Assembly: GCA_964036045.1 (NCBI GenBank)
Contig: OZ038378.1
Coordinates: forward strand, 187,302,001-187,366,000
Length of the DNA: 64,000 nt
Direction: 5' to 3'
DNA from: Eutreptiella sp. 'Long Island Sound 2002'
Lineage: Eukaryota; Protista; Euglenida
Shown here piece after piece: positions 10,939-23,000 of this stretch (its first letter is position 1; each line of letters begins with the position of its first letter). The notes under the pieces are model-generated. The model was given only the letters and a program-made list of their open reading frames with translations. It had not been told where the DNA came from and did not search any database. The position numbers were made by a program, and so were the translations under genes.

Positions 10939-12713
10939 TAGTTTGGTTGCTACTCGAAGAGATGCATCAGGCAAGCTTCTGCTATGGAATGGATCGACAA
11001 CATGGAGAGCCACATGTCATAGAGGAGCACAAGGAATGCTTGCACATCATTTGGAAGGTAAAGAGAAGAGCAGCTGGAATGGGTTAGAAAAACAAGTATC
11101 AGCTCTTTGACCGTCATAGGGGGACCCGGATCCACAATGCCTGAATCAGAATTGCCCTGGCTTGTCCCTGGGCTACAAGGGCTGCAAGGTGCAGAAATTA
11201 GGACCCTGGGACCTGTGACAAGCATCAGACTAAAAATAAAAAATCTTTGGTATGGCAGCAAGGGCCACAGGGTGCAGACATTGGGACCCTGGGTGTGGTT
11301 CTGTGGGGCCGTTGAACGGGGAAAAAGCTGGGTGAACATTCCAAGCATTGAACCGTGCAGGCACCATGCGATAACACCCCCGTAGTGACTCCCTCTGTAA
11401 TACAAATACTTCCCTGTCAGAGAAACAAGTCCACACATGTTTGGATGGGAGTGATGACTCGCGCTCCCAAGGCTGGATGGGAAATGCATTGTTGCAGTTT
11501 CAGCAACAGTGGTGGGTTGAGATCATTGCACATGATTTGCTGGAGTCCATATGCTCGGTTGCTTTTCAAGAGGCAAATTTTCTGCAGGCAGGGCCAATAG
11601 AGATGTGTTGTGCATTATTGATAAGTGGCGCGAAACAGTGCTGCTACACTCAAACGAGTGTCTGACAAGGCAAAGGAGATGAGTGAACTAGAACACAAGC
11701 TGAACCATAAGGCCTAAAGCATTGGCCCACATTATGAGAGCACACAGCCAGAATGGGAGACAGTTGATAGGATAGTGTAGGCCATAAACTCAAGGCAACA
11801 TTCTGTATCCAAATGGCATGGAACATTCTGCCAGTAAATCATTCATGCCCAGCCAGGTTAAGCACATCCCTTGGCTGGACAGCTCTTTGGATGCCCCCTA
11901 CCCCTTTCATTCTAGCAGCTTATTTGTCCCATGACAACAGCCTGTTGGGGTCTATGGTGCTACCGGTCAAAGTTAAAGCTAATTAATTCTGGGGTAGGTC
12001 GTGCGTATAAAGTTAGTTCCACACAAATTAATTGCGAAAAAAAATCAATTCTAGCCCAACAATCAAAAAGGACGACGCAAAATTCCAAATAATCGCAAAA
12101 ATTTAATTGATTCTACGCATCAAGTCATGGGCTCTGAGTTTCTGGTTTTTGTATATTGGGCAGTCATCAAAATTCTGACTGCCCCCTGCCTTCATGCACG
12201 CCTGGACAAGTCAATTGGGATATATTAATTTCATTCAATTGTTCATGTCTGGGCCCGCAGTGTGTCATTTGTATGCACGGACAATTCAATTGGATGCACT
12301 AGTTTTGTTTGTGAACACAAATTGAAAAAACAATTGCAAAAATTAATTTGTGGCCGGCCATTCAAATTTCTGGGCACAAAACTGAAAACAATGGCACAAA
12401 AAAAGGAATTCGCAGGTGGGGGCTTTCGCAAAAATGCAGGCCTCGCAAAATTTAAAAGTTTGGGCGGTAGGTATCAGTGCAAAACATCAGCCAAAGTGTT
12501 GCACTTCAACAGTATTGTGCCATCCCAAGGTGCTGTGACTGCTCAGCTGTTGATCAAAGCATTTTGTGACCATGGGTAACAATATTTATGGTGGACATTT
12601 TTGTGTGGACACAATGTGTAGCGGGCAGCACAATCTGGAAGTGCTACTTCAGCAGGGGGTGCGTTGATTCAGTAGTGGAAGAAAATACTGGCCACAGGTT
12701 GTTAGGCCAACAT

Positions 12714-14014
12714 CCCCCCCCCCCTTGTCTAAGCTACGCTATGGACGCGACTCTGGCGCGTCCAACAGTGACCAGATGGCAGGGGACGCCTCGGGCTCAG
12801 CAGGGAGTAGTGACAGTTGGCCGACAGACAGTATTGGGTCGGATGCCTCCGAGTTTAGTACAGATGTGAGTGACACCCGCAGGGTCACTCAGGACAATGG
12901 GTGTCGCGGCTTCGCCGCTTGAGACACAAGACAATACGCACTGTGATTTCCAGCCAGTGGGATACAGGGGGTGACGTCCGTCGTCGATTTATGGCTAAGC
13001 TACGCTATGGCCACGTCCGGCTCCCTCTCTGCCAGCACAAGCTTAGCGCACACGGAGTCCTTCTCCGACTCCAACTCAGAAGACTTCTCTGCACACCTAC
13101 GACAGCCCTGTTTCTCGCCGGCCTGCTCCACTGAGTGCAGTGGGTGTGATTCCGGGGACGAAACTAGCTAAGTAACATTTGCGAACTAGCTATAATTTAT
13201 AGCCCTAATTTTTCAAAGTACCTGTTCCACACATACTTTCTACCAGCCCCTTTGCGCTGCCTCACATCACCACTACACACACTTGCCTCACATCACCACT
13301 ACACATACTGTTTCACCGGCTACTCACCCACCGCTCCACCGAGTGCAGCGAGCGAGTTCCAAGGAATGACACTAGCAACATAGCTTCCTCTGTGACCTGC
13401 CCTCCGGCTTCTACCTTCCCCCAGCCACGACCGCACCCGGTTTCGGTCGAGTATGCTTTGAGCCCCCTCAAGCTGAACTGTCTCCACCTACGTGGTAGTA
13501 TGCAAGCACGGAGTATCTGGCAACAATTGCCGATGAATCTTCATGACTTATGGTAGTACCATAGCTAATTGCCTCGGTGACTATACCTACCTACACCAAC
13601 CCATTGTACATACCTGATTCACTCCGATACTGTTGTAGTGGAAATGATTATTGTGCCCCCCTTTCTAAGCTATGCAAAAGTACGGAACTATTACGGTCCC
13701 TACGCCTACTGTAGCTTAGAGAAGGCCGTAGCTTGCGCGCGACACATACAACTACCGGCACACACGCCACCACCACGAAAGGTGAAGATAATGCATAAAT
13801 ATCCCCAAAATCAGAGCTACTTGGGTTCAAGTGGGCAAACAATCACAACAAAAGTGTCCATGACTCCATGTAATTGGCAGATTTGTCACCAAAACCATGT
13901 CTTATGTGGTTGCACTACATTTTGTACCGAATTAAATTGGGCACGGAATTAATACAGTCCCTACGCCCGCTGTAGCTTAGACAAGGCCGTAGCTTAGACA
14001 AGGGGGGGGGGGGG
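12714..14014. mobile_element. 1.3-kb non-autonomous DNA transposon with C-run TIRs
   Basis: C11-TTGTCTAAGCTAC at left, GTAGCTTAGACAA-G13 at right (perfect inverted match), flanked by AT on both sides. Internal repeats of CTAAGCTACGCTATGG and CCCTACGCC..TGTAGCTTAGA. Confidence 0.85.
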
Positions 14015-14159
14015 ATGATTTGCAGAACTTGCCCTCTACAAGTGAGCAACCTTCGTTGGGTAGTCTCCCCACAATCCACAACTATTCAAAACAGCCACTC
14101 ATGATCCCAATTTATGGGTCAAATTCTTCGGAACCCCCCCCCCCCCCTCCATCCCTTCC

Positions 14160-15259
14160 CCCGACATTTGCTACACGGATGAGTCAAAACTTGACACAGG
14201 GGGTGTGGCACATGCAGGGTTTGGGCTATGGTATGGACCCCAGGATAAACGCAATAAGAGGCTACCGGTACCGTTGACAGAAAAACAGACCATTGGCAGG
14301 GCCGAACCGTATGGGGTCTTGACGGCCGTGGAAAATAAAACACCAGGCATACCACTACCTGTCGTGACTGATTCAGAAACTGTGTATGCAGGGCTCATGG
14401 GGAAGTGTGCGAAGTGGGAACGACATGGGGGGCGCCTCAAGCGCAGTGCGCGCGCAGTGCAACTATTTGGGTGTCTGGCCGTACTAGAGACCCATACTTT
14501 GAGATACTAGGGGCCCCTAGGGGCATCATGGTGACCCCTAGCGTAGACTTTGACTTCTGATTTTGTTCCCTTTGTTGGGGAGCCCCGAGAATGCAGGGGT
14601 GGGCCTTGGGCCTTGTAGGTTAAGCCTAGTGGTCTCCCACCTCAGGACCCCTATACTCAATTGTTTTACCTACTTATTGTGGGCCTACCTTTTAACTACT
14701 TCTGAATTTAGTTGCTTGGCCATGCTGGCCAAGCCATATCCTGTGTCTGGCCCAACCTACTTGCCCCAGATTCCTAACCAACTCCATTGCATATCAAAGT
14801 GTGCACATGAAGTGCTTGGGACTATCCTTGAGGCCAGACTGATGCCAGTTTTCATTATAAAATCAATTGCAACTTTCTTGAGCTGGGGCAGTTTGGGTCA
14901 CTTAATTCTAAGGGCATTTCCAAGGGGTGTGCTTGGGGGCTCTTCGGGGAGAACATAGTCTAAAAGTAGCGCGCAGTGCGCGCGCAGTGCAAAGACTCCC
15001 CCATGGGTGGGTGGGGTCACGTGGGCCGCTGGCGCATTGGGATCTCTTGTGGTGTAGCTGGCAGTTGCTAGGGGACAGTGTCTCGGTGCAATGGGTACCG
15101 TCCCATGTGGGGGTGCAGGGCAATGAGCCAGCAGATCGCTGTGCTCAGCAAGGGGCGACGGTGACGTTGCCCAGTGTAAGGGAGGCGAGGTCTGTGCGAG
15201 AGGCATGGCAGGAGTTAGGGCTAGAAGAAATGTCTCAGTGCGATGAGTCACGGATGTAA
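14160..15259 (+). pseudogene. RNase H1-like domain, probably the 3' end of a 5'-truncated non-LTR retrotransposon, split by a MITE
   Basis: YTDESK..AGFGLWYG..QTIGRAE..VVTDSETV..KWERHG continues after the MITE as WVGSRG..VQWVPSHVGVQGNEPADRCAQQG. The frame is restored exactly when 14429-15006 is removed. Confidence 0.9.
14429..15001 (+). mobile_element. 573-bp MITE with short imperfect TIRs and a 5-bp TSD (CATGG)
   Basis: CATGG at 14424-14428 and 15002-15006. Ends are GGGGCGCCT and AGACTCCCC (7 of 9 inverted match). Confidence 0.9.
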
Positions 15260-15662
15260 GCCTGAGATGTGGACAGTGGGGGCTCCGACAAGCATAGCTT
15301 GAGTGACGGGACTAATGAAACAATCATGAGTGGGGACAGTTAAAGTGACAGTGACTGCGAGGTGCTGGAGTCGCCAATGAGGAGACGGTGTGCTAATCGG
15401 GATTCGGGGGGGGTCCGAGCTGACCCGAATCAGATGGAGTGAGATACAAGTGAGATTCTTAACCCAAACCAGCCTATGAAACATTCGATAGCCCATGTGG
15501 GCGAACATTCAGCATTGGTTTGGACAATGATGAGCGATGACCTATGGCCTATGTCACGGGGGTCACATGGTAGCTAAGTATCCATTGCTTCACAGCCCTC
15601 CATCCCTCCCGTTCCTGTATGCGGAAACCCACCATCTGCTAGATCCTGAGGCAGTAGAACAA

Positions 15663-16213
15663 ATAACCTCCCCCCCCCCCTCCTAAAGCCCTCCCGGGGG
15701 TTATAGTATTCTTGATGAATGCCCGAGCCAAAGAGGGGGTTTATAGGTGGGGGGGGGGTTATAGGTCAGCCGTTTGTCCAATTTTGCCGAGGCGCTTTGC
15801 GCCATCTGTTGTTTGTTCTGTGTTTTCAGTTTCTGCTTACTTTCCCCTCATGGATATTGATTTAGTTACATCTGGCCCACAGCAGATGGCAACCACAGTC
15901 ACCTGCGGGAGCTCCCAAACTATAAATATGATGTCTCCTCTGCTTGGCTTTGGTTCAGAGCTAAGTGTGTCCCTGAGGCAGACAATGCTTGTGACCAGCC
16001 TCCAGCAAAAAAAGAAAAGGGCACAGCCCTCTTTGATGCAGATGTGGAAGAAGTAACTAGCAGCAAAGTATCCTAAAGTTGTGGCCCCCACACTTTGCTA
16101 CTCCGTCTCTTTGCACGGCTCTGTCTTTGAAGTTGGGTAAGAAGGGGGGGCTATAGGTCCCCGGATGACTAAAAACAACGGAGGGGGGGGTTATAGGTGG
16201 GGGGGGGGGTTAT
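15663..16213. repeat. Probable MITE with C-run/G-run ends and repeated TTATAGG motif
   Basis: ATAACCTCCCCCCCCCCCTCCTAAA at left versus TTATAGGTGGGGGGGGGGGTTAT at right. Several internal GGGGGTTATAGG copies. Confidence 0.45.
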
Positions 16214-16600
16214 GTTGATGAAAGGGGCAAGGGCTCAAGTAGTGGAAGAGGGGGAAACATTCAGACAGGAAGGCCAGATTACTGCTGGCACATCATGCAT
16301 CCTAACAGCCCCGAGCCAGCTACGTACGTTAGTGCCGATACATGTGAGTGCTGTTGCATCATAGAACTACACTGTGAACACTTGGATGACTGTTTGGAAT
16401 TCGATCGGGGGGTCAGGGGTCCTTCCACCAAACCTCTAGAATTGGGTGTTTCTGTGGAGTCTTAATCCAGGGCTCAGCAGCACTAAGGGGGTCAGGCTAG
16501 GAAGGCACCTCTAGAAGGCAGTGCGCATGAAGCCATGTTGCTTACCTGCACTTAAGGTAGGGCTGTATGAAGCACGTTGGCCATTCTGAGCCTAGTGTTG

Positions 16601-16614
16601 ATATTTCTCTTCAG
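16601..16614 (+). promoter_or_regulatory. Pyrimidine tract plus AG upstream of the BTB-pentapeptide gene; candidate trans-splice acceptor
   Basis: ATATTTCTCTTCAG lies 46 nt before ATG 16661. An in-frame TGA between it and the ATG argues against an upstream coding exon. Confidence 0.45.
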
Positions 16615-16660
16615 GGCTGCTCATGCAGGGGTTGCATGATCATAGTCTGCAGTCTCGGCC

Positions 16661-17004
16661 ATGGCAAAGGCAAAGCTCTTGAAGCTGAACGTTGGGGGGA
16701 CACCCTTCACCACCACTGAGGATACGTTGCTTTCGGAACCAGAGTCCTTGCTCACCGAGATCCTTGCTGACGAGCATTCGTATGACTGCGATGGTCGCCT
16801 GTTCCTTGATTTGGATGGTGAGTCGTTTCAGTACGTCTTGTCGTGGCTGCGCCATCACCAACTGGTCCCAATTCCAACTGACATGGTCCCCCGCGTCACG
16901 CTCATAGCACAATCTCTGCGCCTCCAGAAGTTGCTGTGCGCCCTGAAGTCAGAGCATCTCCGGGTCTCCCAGAAGGCGTTGGATGACCGCTGCCATCTTT
17001 GCAG
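16661..17004 (+). CDS. Exon 1: T1/KCTD-type BTB domain
   Basis: KLNVGGTPFTTTEDTLL..LFLDLDGESFQYVLSWLR. Donor TGCAG|GTCTGT, phase 2. Confidence 0.93.
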
Positions 17005-20000
17005 GTCTGTTCTATTTATTGTGCCGGCCCCTGTTTGGGGCAGCCTCATGCCTGGGTGGGTGCTGCCCTCTCTTGCATCATTCGAATGGATTTTGGGCGG
17101 TTTTGTGCACGAAATGGTGAGGAGTATGGCAGCGCAATGCACCATTCCTGGTTGCAGGGCCAACCACCACAAACCCAACACCTTGGAGTGCACCCGTCGT
17201 CCAGTACTCTGCTTTTTGTGTGACCTAAGTTGTTGATCGATTGTAGGCGCAGCCGACCCTTCTTTGGTGCTCCTCTCTCTTGCACAATACTTTTCGGGCA
17301 GTTTTGTGCACAAAACGGTGAGGAGCTGAGCCAACATTTAGCAAAAAATGGCGACGTACTTTGCGGTGTTATTGGTACTCCCGAGCTTGATGCAGGCTCC
17401 ATGGTGCCAAAAAAGCAACCAACGTCACCGTCACCGTCATCCTCATCCTCTCCTTCGCCTCGCTTCATCTTGCCTCACATCGCCTCCTCACACTGCATGA
17501 TGCTGTTGTAAAACATATGGAAGCAAACAACCTCAACATGTGTTGATGAATTAAGGGGGTTCTGGTTGATGCTTCAGACCCAGCCAAGCAACCACATAAC
17601 CTGGCCCTTTGTGCAGTACTTCAGGCGCCAAGTTGGTGTTGCACGGTGCTGACCTTGCGGGCCTCCGGTTCGATGGCTACAATCTGCGATGTGCCAGTCT
17701 GCACACGAGCAATCTGCAGCGCAGCAGCTTTCTGTTCGCAGATCTATCGGGTGCCAACCTTGCCGACGCAGACCTCGCCTTTGCAGACTTCACGAATGCT
17801 ATTTTAGACGGTGCGCTTTTCAAAGGAGCAAAGCTGCCACATGTGGATCTGCGGGGCCGAAATTTCTCTCGTCAGGATTTATCGGCTGTCGTCTTCACTG
17901 GGGCGGATTTGAGTGCTATTGACCTCAGCTATGCGGTGCTGCAGCAGGCATCGCTGCAAGACTGCCATCTTTCGGGTACCATCCGCTGTTGTGTTGACTT
18001 GTGGGAGGGTCTGGGAGGTCATAGGAATGAGGGTATGAGGGCGCTTGGGCTGCTGTGCCTGTGGCACACCTTCTGCATGCCTTCGGAAAAAGTCCGCCTG
18101 GATATAGAATGTGCGTTGCACATTTCAAGATTGCACACTCTTTCGGGGGCAAGACCCCGGGCTGTGTCACCCTTTTGGAGGTGACTTCCCTATGTTCAAA
18201 CCGAGCAAGCACCGTTTTTCTGTGGTGGGACAGCTGCCCACAAGCTGGCTACCTGACCCTTTAGTATGAGTGCGAAAAATTTCTTATTCAAACAGATATT
18301 TTCAGATTTTCTGATACACTTGATTGTCGTAATTAAAAGGTTAGAAGTAAGCATATCATTTAAATCAAATCTGTTTATATTAAAATTTTTGGTTTTGGGT
18401 TTCCCACCTTGGCCTGCGCTATCGCCAAGGGCATATCTCCACCAAGCAAGCCCCAGTCAGGACTTGGGTGGGGGTTGTCTGCCTGGAACTCCTATCCTTT
18501 CGCCCCTCGTGCAGGCCCAAGCAAGCGCGACTCCCGGCCTTGCAGCCGAGGGCAAGGGACCTGCTGCCTCGGTCGCTGCTGTTGGCCAAAACAAGCACCA
18601 AGTGTAAGGCGAGTGCGTCCTGCAGCAAGCACCTGCATCCTCCCACAGTCTGTGGCGTGTAGCTGGATTTGCACATGACGCACCGTTGCTTACGCACTCA
18701 CCCTGGCCATGCTACACGCACCCGACCGACACAGCCCTTGTGTGTATATGCCGTGTGTTGGGAGGGGTGGTGGTGCATGCCCCCTTTCGCAAGGTGCACC
18801 CCTTTACGCGGTGAATTTGCAGTTTTCCAAGTGAATTGAGTCGGGGGCCATTCCCCTAAATTGAACAACTGCGCTCTGGCTCCGTAGCCTTGACTTCACC
18901 TCTCCAAGTAGCAATGGCAGTCAGATTGGATTTGTTCCCTTAGCGCTCAACGGACACAAAAACAAAAGAAGAAAAACATATTTCTCCACTACTTTTTTGG
19001 GGGGGGTGTCATGTGAGCGCTCGCGTAACACTTTCCACCACAACTTTTGGATGCATTGTTTCCCTACGCGCTGGAATTCGAGGGACACTTACTGCATCTA
19101 CTACTTTGTGACGAGGGAGTGACACCCCTCCTCCGAAACTGCAAATGAAGGGTGGGATTTCATACCCATGATTTGCACTTTCACCCAGGTGTAGTCTCTC
19201 CTCGTAGAGTGCAATGGTGTCAACAACCTGCATGCCACTGCTTTTTTTTTTTAAGGGGACAAGTCGTCAAAATTGATATGGAACAAGGGTTCTGGGGTGT
19301 TGTTGCAGGTTCTTGTGTTTGAAGGTGGTAGATTTATCCGCAGCTTGTGCTGTGCTTGCGGTGGACAGTCAGTGCCCGGGGATGACTGTCAATGCTGCTC
19401 CAACCGCTTCTGTCGGCCCCCCATTGCCCTCCGACCGTTATGCAACCGCCAGCATGGCCACCGAAGCTGCTTTCCAGCCGCTAGCAACCGCTCTTGCAAC
19501 CGTTCTTCAACCCTCCTTTCAGTCCGCCTCCTCCTCAAGCGGAACCCTGCTCGCATCCCTCTTTTGAGAAAGAACAATCCTCCACATGTATTAATGTGTG
19601 CTTGTTCTGTACTGGTGGCATAGCCCCTTTCCTTACTTGGATGTGTGCGGTCTGCCAACAGGTGCTAACCTTCAGCATGCAAATCTCAGTGGAAGTATCT
19701 TGACGGGTGCGTCACTTCAAGATGCCGATTTTTCGTCTGCCGACCTCTCTGATGCAGACCTCACGGGTGCGCAGCTGACAAACACCAATTTTACAGCTGC
19801 CAACCTGGCGACTGCCACCCTCTCCAACACCTGCATGCAGGGGGTGCAGCTGCGGCGGGTGCAGCTGCGGGGCCGCGACTTCACAGGATGCGACCTCAGG
19901 AACGCCGATCTGTCGGACAGCGATCTGTCCCATGCGAATCTCTCCGGGGCTAATTTGTCGCACGCGAACCTGTCCTCCTGCGACCTCGCCAACGCTGACC

Positions 20001-23000
20001 TCTCGCACGCCATTCTGACCCATGCGGACCTTTCTCACACCGACCTGAGCAACGTCAACTTCGCGCACGCGGCGCTGCGGAGCGCACGCTTCGTCGGGGT
20101 GCTGCTGCAGGGGTGTGACTTGGCGGGCTACAACTTTTCCGAGGTGGATTTGACGTCTGCCAATTTGTCTGGGTCGGATTTGTCTGGTGCGGAGTTTTCG
20201 CAGGCAGTTTTGTCTGACGCCTGTATGTCCGAGGCCATATTGCGAGACACCGTCGTCCGTGGGGCCTGTTTGAAGGGGATTAACCTTTCAGGTTTGCTGT
20301 GATGAGTTGTTTAGGGCTGCTCAGGGTGGTGTGGCGTTGTGGAGTATTGTGTGGATTTCACACGATTGTGCATGGTTTTTTCACTTGGCGGTTGTGCATG
20401 TGTAAGGATGTAAGGTCTTGCTGGGCTGTGGAAGGCAGTGGAAGGGGTGGGGGGGGTTGCATGGGGTGTTGAGTGGCATAACAGCCCCTTGTGAAACAGA
20501 TTCGCCAGATTCGCACAAGTGTCAAACAGGGGGTTCCCTGTGTGGTAGACTCTCTAGGCAGGCAGAACGCAGACGCATCTAGATATGGGTATGCTCGGCT
20601 GCCAGGGATATGATGCCTCGTGCCCCACGTCAGCAAACGGACCGGTGGCCTGCGACTGGGGCAGCCGGACGGGGGCGAAGAGAATCCGCATTGCGGCTGG
20701 TGGGTTGTCTAGGGGTAATTGATCGATTAGAGGGTTGTGGACGGTTGTGGATGGTCGTCCAAAATTGCGAAGTGGAGGCCTCCCACGGGTTCCGCTGGAA
20801 TTTTCCTTCTGGATGGTGGCGGGAGGTTTTTGGGTGGAGGGTTTCTGTGGATGCGATGGGGGATGTGTTCCAACGGTGTATTGCCATACTATCCCCCCCC
20901 CCCCCCTGTTCAAGTACCCCCCCCCCCTCCAGAAAGAAGAATCGTGCCCTCCAGCCCCCCGCCAGGGGTTGTTCTACTGAAAATCACAAATGTCGTCCAT
21001 TTTTGTGATGTTTCTTGGCTGTATAGTGTTAGCAGATGGGCATACAAGAGTAATGCGCTGATAAAGGGGTGGCACTTGATGTGTAGAAGTGTCTCAAGGT
21101 ATTTCGTGGCCATTGCAGGAATCCACACGGCATTTACAATCAATGCAGCTTGAGCAGTACACACAACCACAACACCACAAACGAAACTACAAAAGGACAA
21201 GGTGAGCTCTACCACCATCACAAAGATGCAAGAGGTGCAAAGCATACATCCAAACGGTGCATCAAGTAGGTGCACAGCCAGAAAATGCTTCCACAAGGGG
21301 GTTTGTAAAGGTTTGATGATATTTCGAGTCAGTGCCCCCCCTCCTTCCCCATGCGCATGTCAATGGCTCCTCCACCCGGAAAAAAGAATCATGCCCTCCC
21401 CCCTGTCACTGGACCCCACACTCGGAAGTAAGAACATCATGGCCCGGGCCATTAACAAGGGGGGGTGTCTCCAGCGGTTGTGCGGTCGTGAGACACACGT
21501 CCACGCAAGGTGCCTGTGGAAAGTGCCGAGGGAGAGGTTGCGCGAAAGGGCGTTCTGAGCCACCAGCCAGTTTCAAAGTTTCAGCCTGCTTCAGCCCATC
21601 TGAAACCGCTTCAGCCCATTTGAAACCGCTTCAGCCCATTTGAAACCGCTTCAGCCCATTTACAACCGCTTCAGCCCGTTGGAAGCCGCTTCCCAGAGGC
21701 ATTACCACCTCTGCATGTTGAGAGATGCAAAATTATCCCCCGACTCGTGACAAGCATCCGCGACCTTCCTTGTCGCAAGTGGATTCCAGAAATTCTGTCG
21801 CCGAGACCTGTCAAATGAGAATACAGCCTCAGGAATCCGTTCAGTGGCATGTGCCTGCCACCCGCTGGCAATGTCGGCACCCTTCGATGCTTGCCTTTTC
21901 AGGGGTGGACCTGCGCGGATTCGATTTCAGTGACATGGACTTATCGCAAGTGGATTTTTCTGGGGCGGACCTCTCTGATGCTGTGTTCTCCAATGCAAAC
22001 TTGACCAAGGCCAATCTTTCTGAATCCAGGTTCCCATGCAAGGTCCCATGCAGTGTGCCCAGAAAGTGCACAACGGCCCGCCTCAAAAGATTGGAAATGT
22101 GCATGAGCAGCAGCTTTTAGCAACTGGGCCATGTCTCATTGCAAAACGACCAAAAAATTGGACACAGGGTTCGGAAAACAGCCGCAGTCTGTTGTCGCAA
22201 GTTGGCATTGTGCAAATGCTCATCATATGCAATTGGAGGGGATGTGTTTCGCCCAAGGCACACATCCATCAAAATCATGAGAAAATCCTGTGTCACATTT
22301 TGCCTAATGGGTATGGAAGCGTGCAATCGAAAATTGCAGAGAATGTGGGTAGGAATCTTGTTGTGGAAAATGGCTGGCAAAAGCAAGATGACTGGCTACA
22401 GCCATGCAGGAACCAGGAAGTGCATGATGGCGCACCAGCGGCGGTAGCTATGCAGTGTATGACCAGGGGGGGAAATGAAAGCGATCCACTTTTTTCCGCT
22501 TTTTCTGCTTTCCCCCCCCGCTTTTTTTGCCGTGTCAGGTCTTTGCTTACCAAAATGGGGAGATGCATTTTACATCTGTGCTTGTGTCCCGGTTCCATCC
22601 ACTCTTTGACTGGTAGTATTTTGTTTCCCTGTGTATGAGTTGCAATTCCCTGTCCTCTCTGACATCATGATTGCTAGTACTGAATTTGAACCTGATAGCT
22701 CTGGCACCAATTCACCTGGTTCTGAAAAGAAGCGGAAGTGTGGGTTGGGCAAGGGTGGTGCTGGTGCGAAGTATTGCACCATGTCTGTGGCCACACACAT
22801 GGCGCGGTTTCCAAATGAACCTTCTTAGGAGCGCTTGGACTTGCAGAACAATCCAATGATGTGGTGCTTGGCATGTGAGCTTTGCAGTGTAGGATAATCT
22901 CCATCCATCAAATACCAAACTAATGGACTGCCCCCTCAGCTTTTCACCAACGACTTTGTCGTGAGCAGGAACAGTGGTGCTTGGGAAACCCACTTCCTTA

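Noticed and set aside
21584-21692. CRISPR-like array (also considered 37520-37616 and 43733-44014)
   Set aside because: Units are adjacent or few, without unique equal-length spacers; no cas genes; eukaryotic context.
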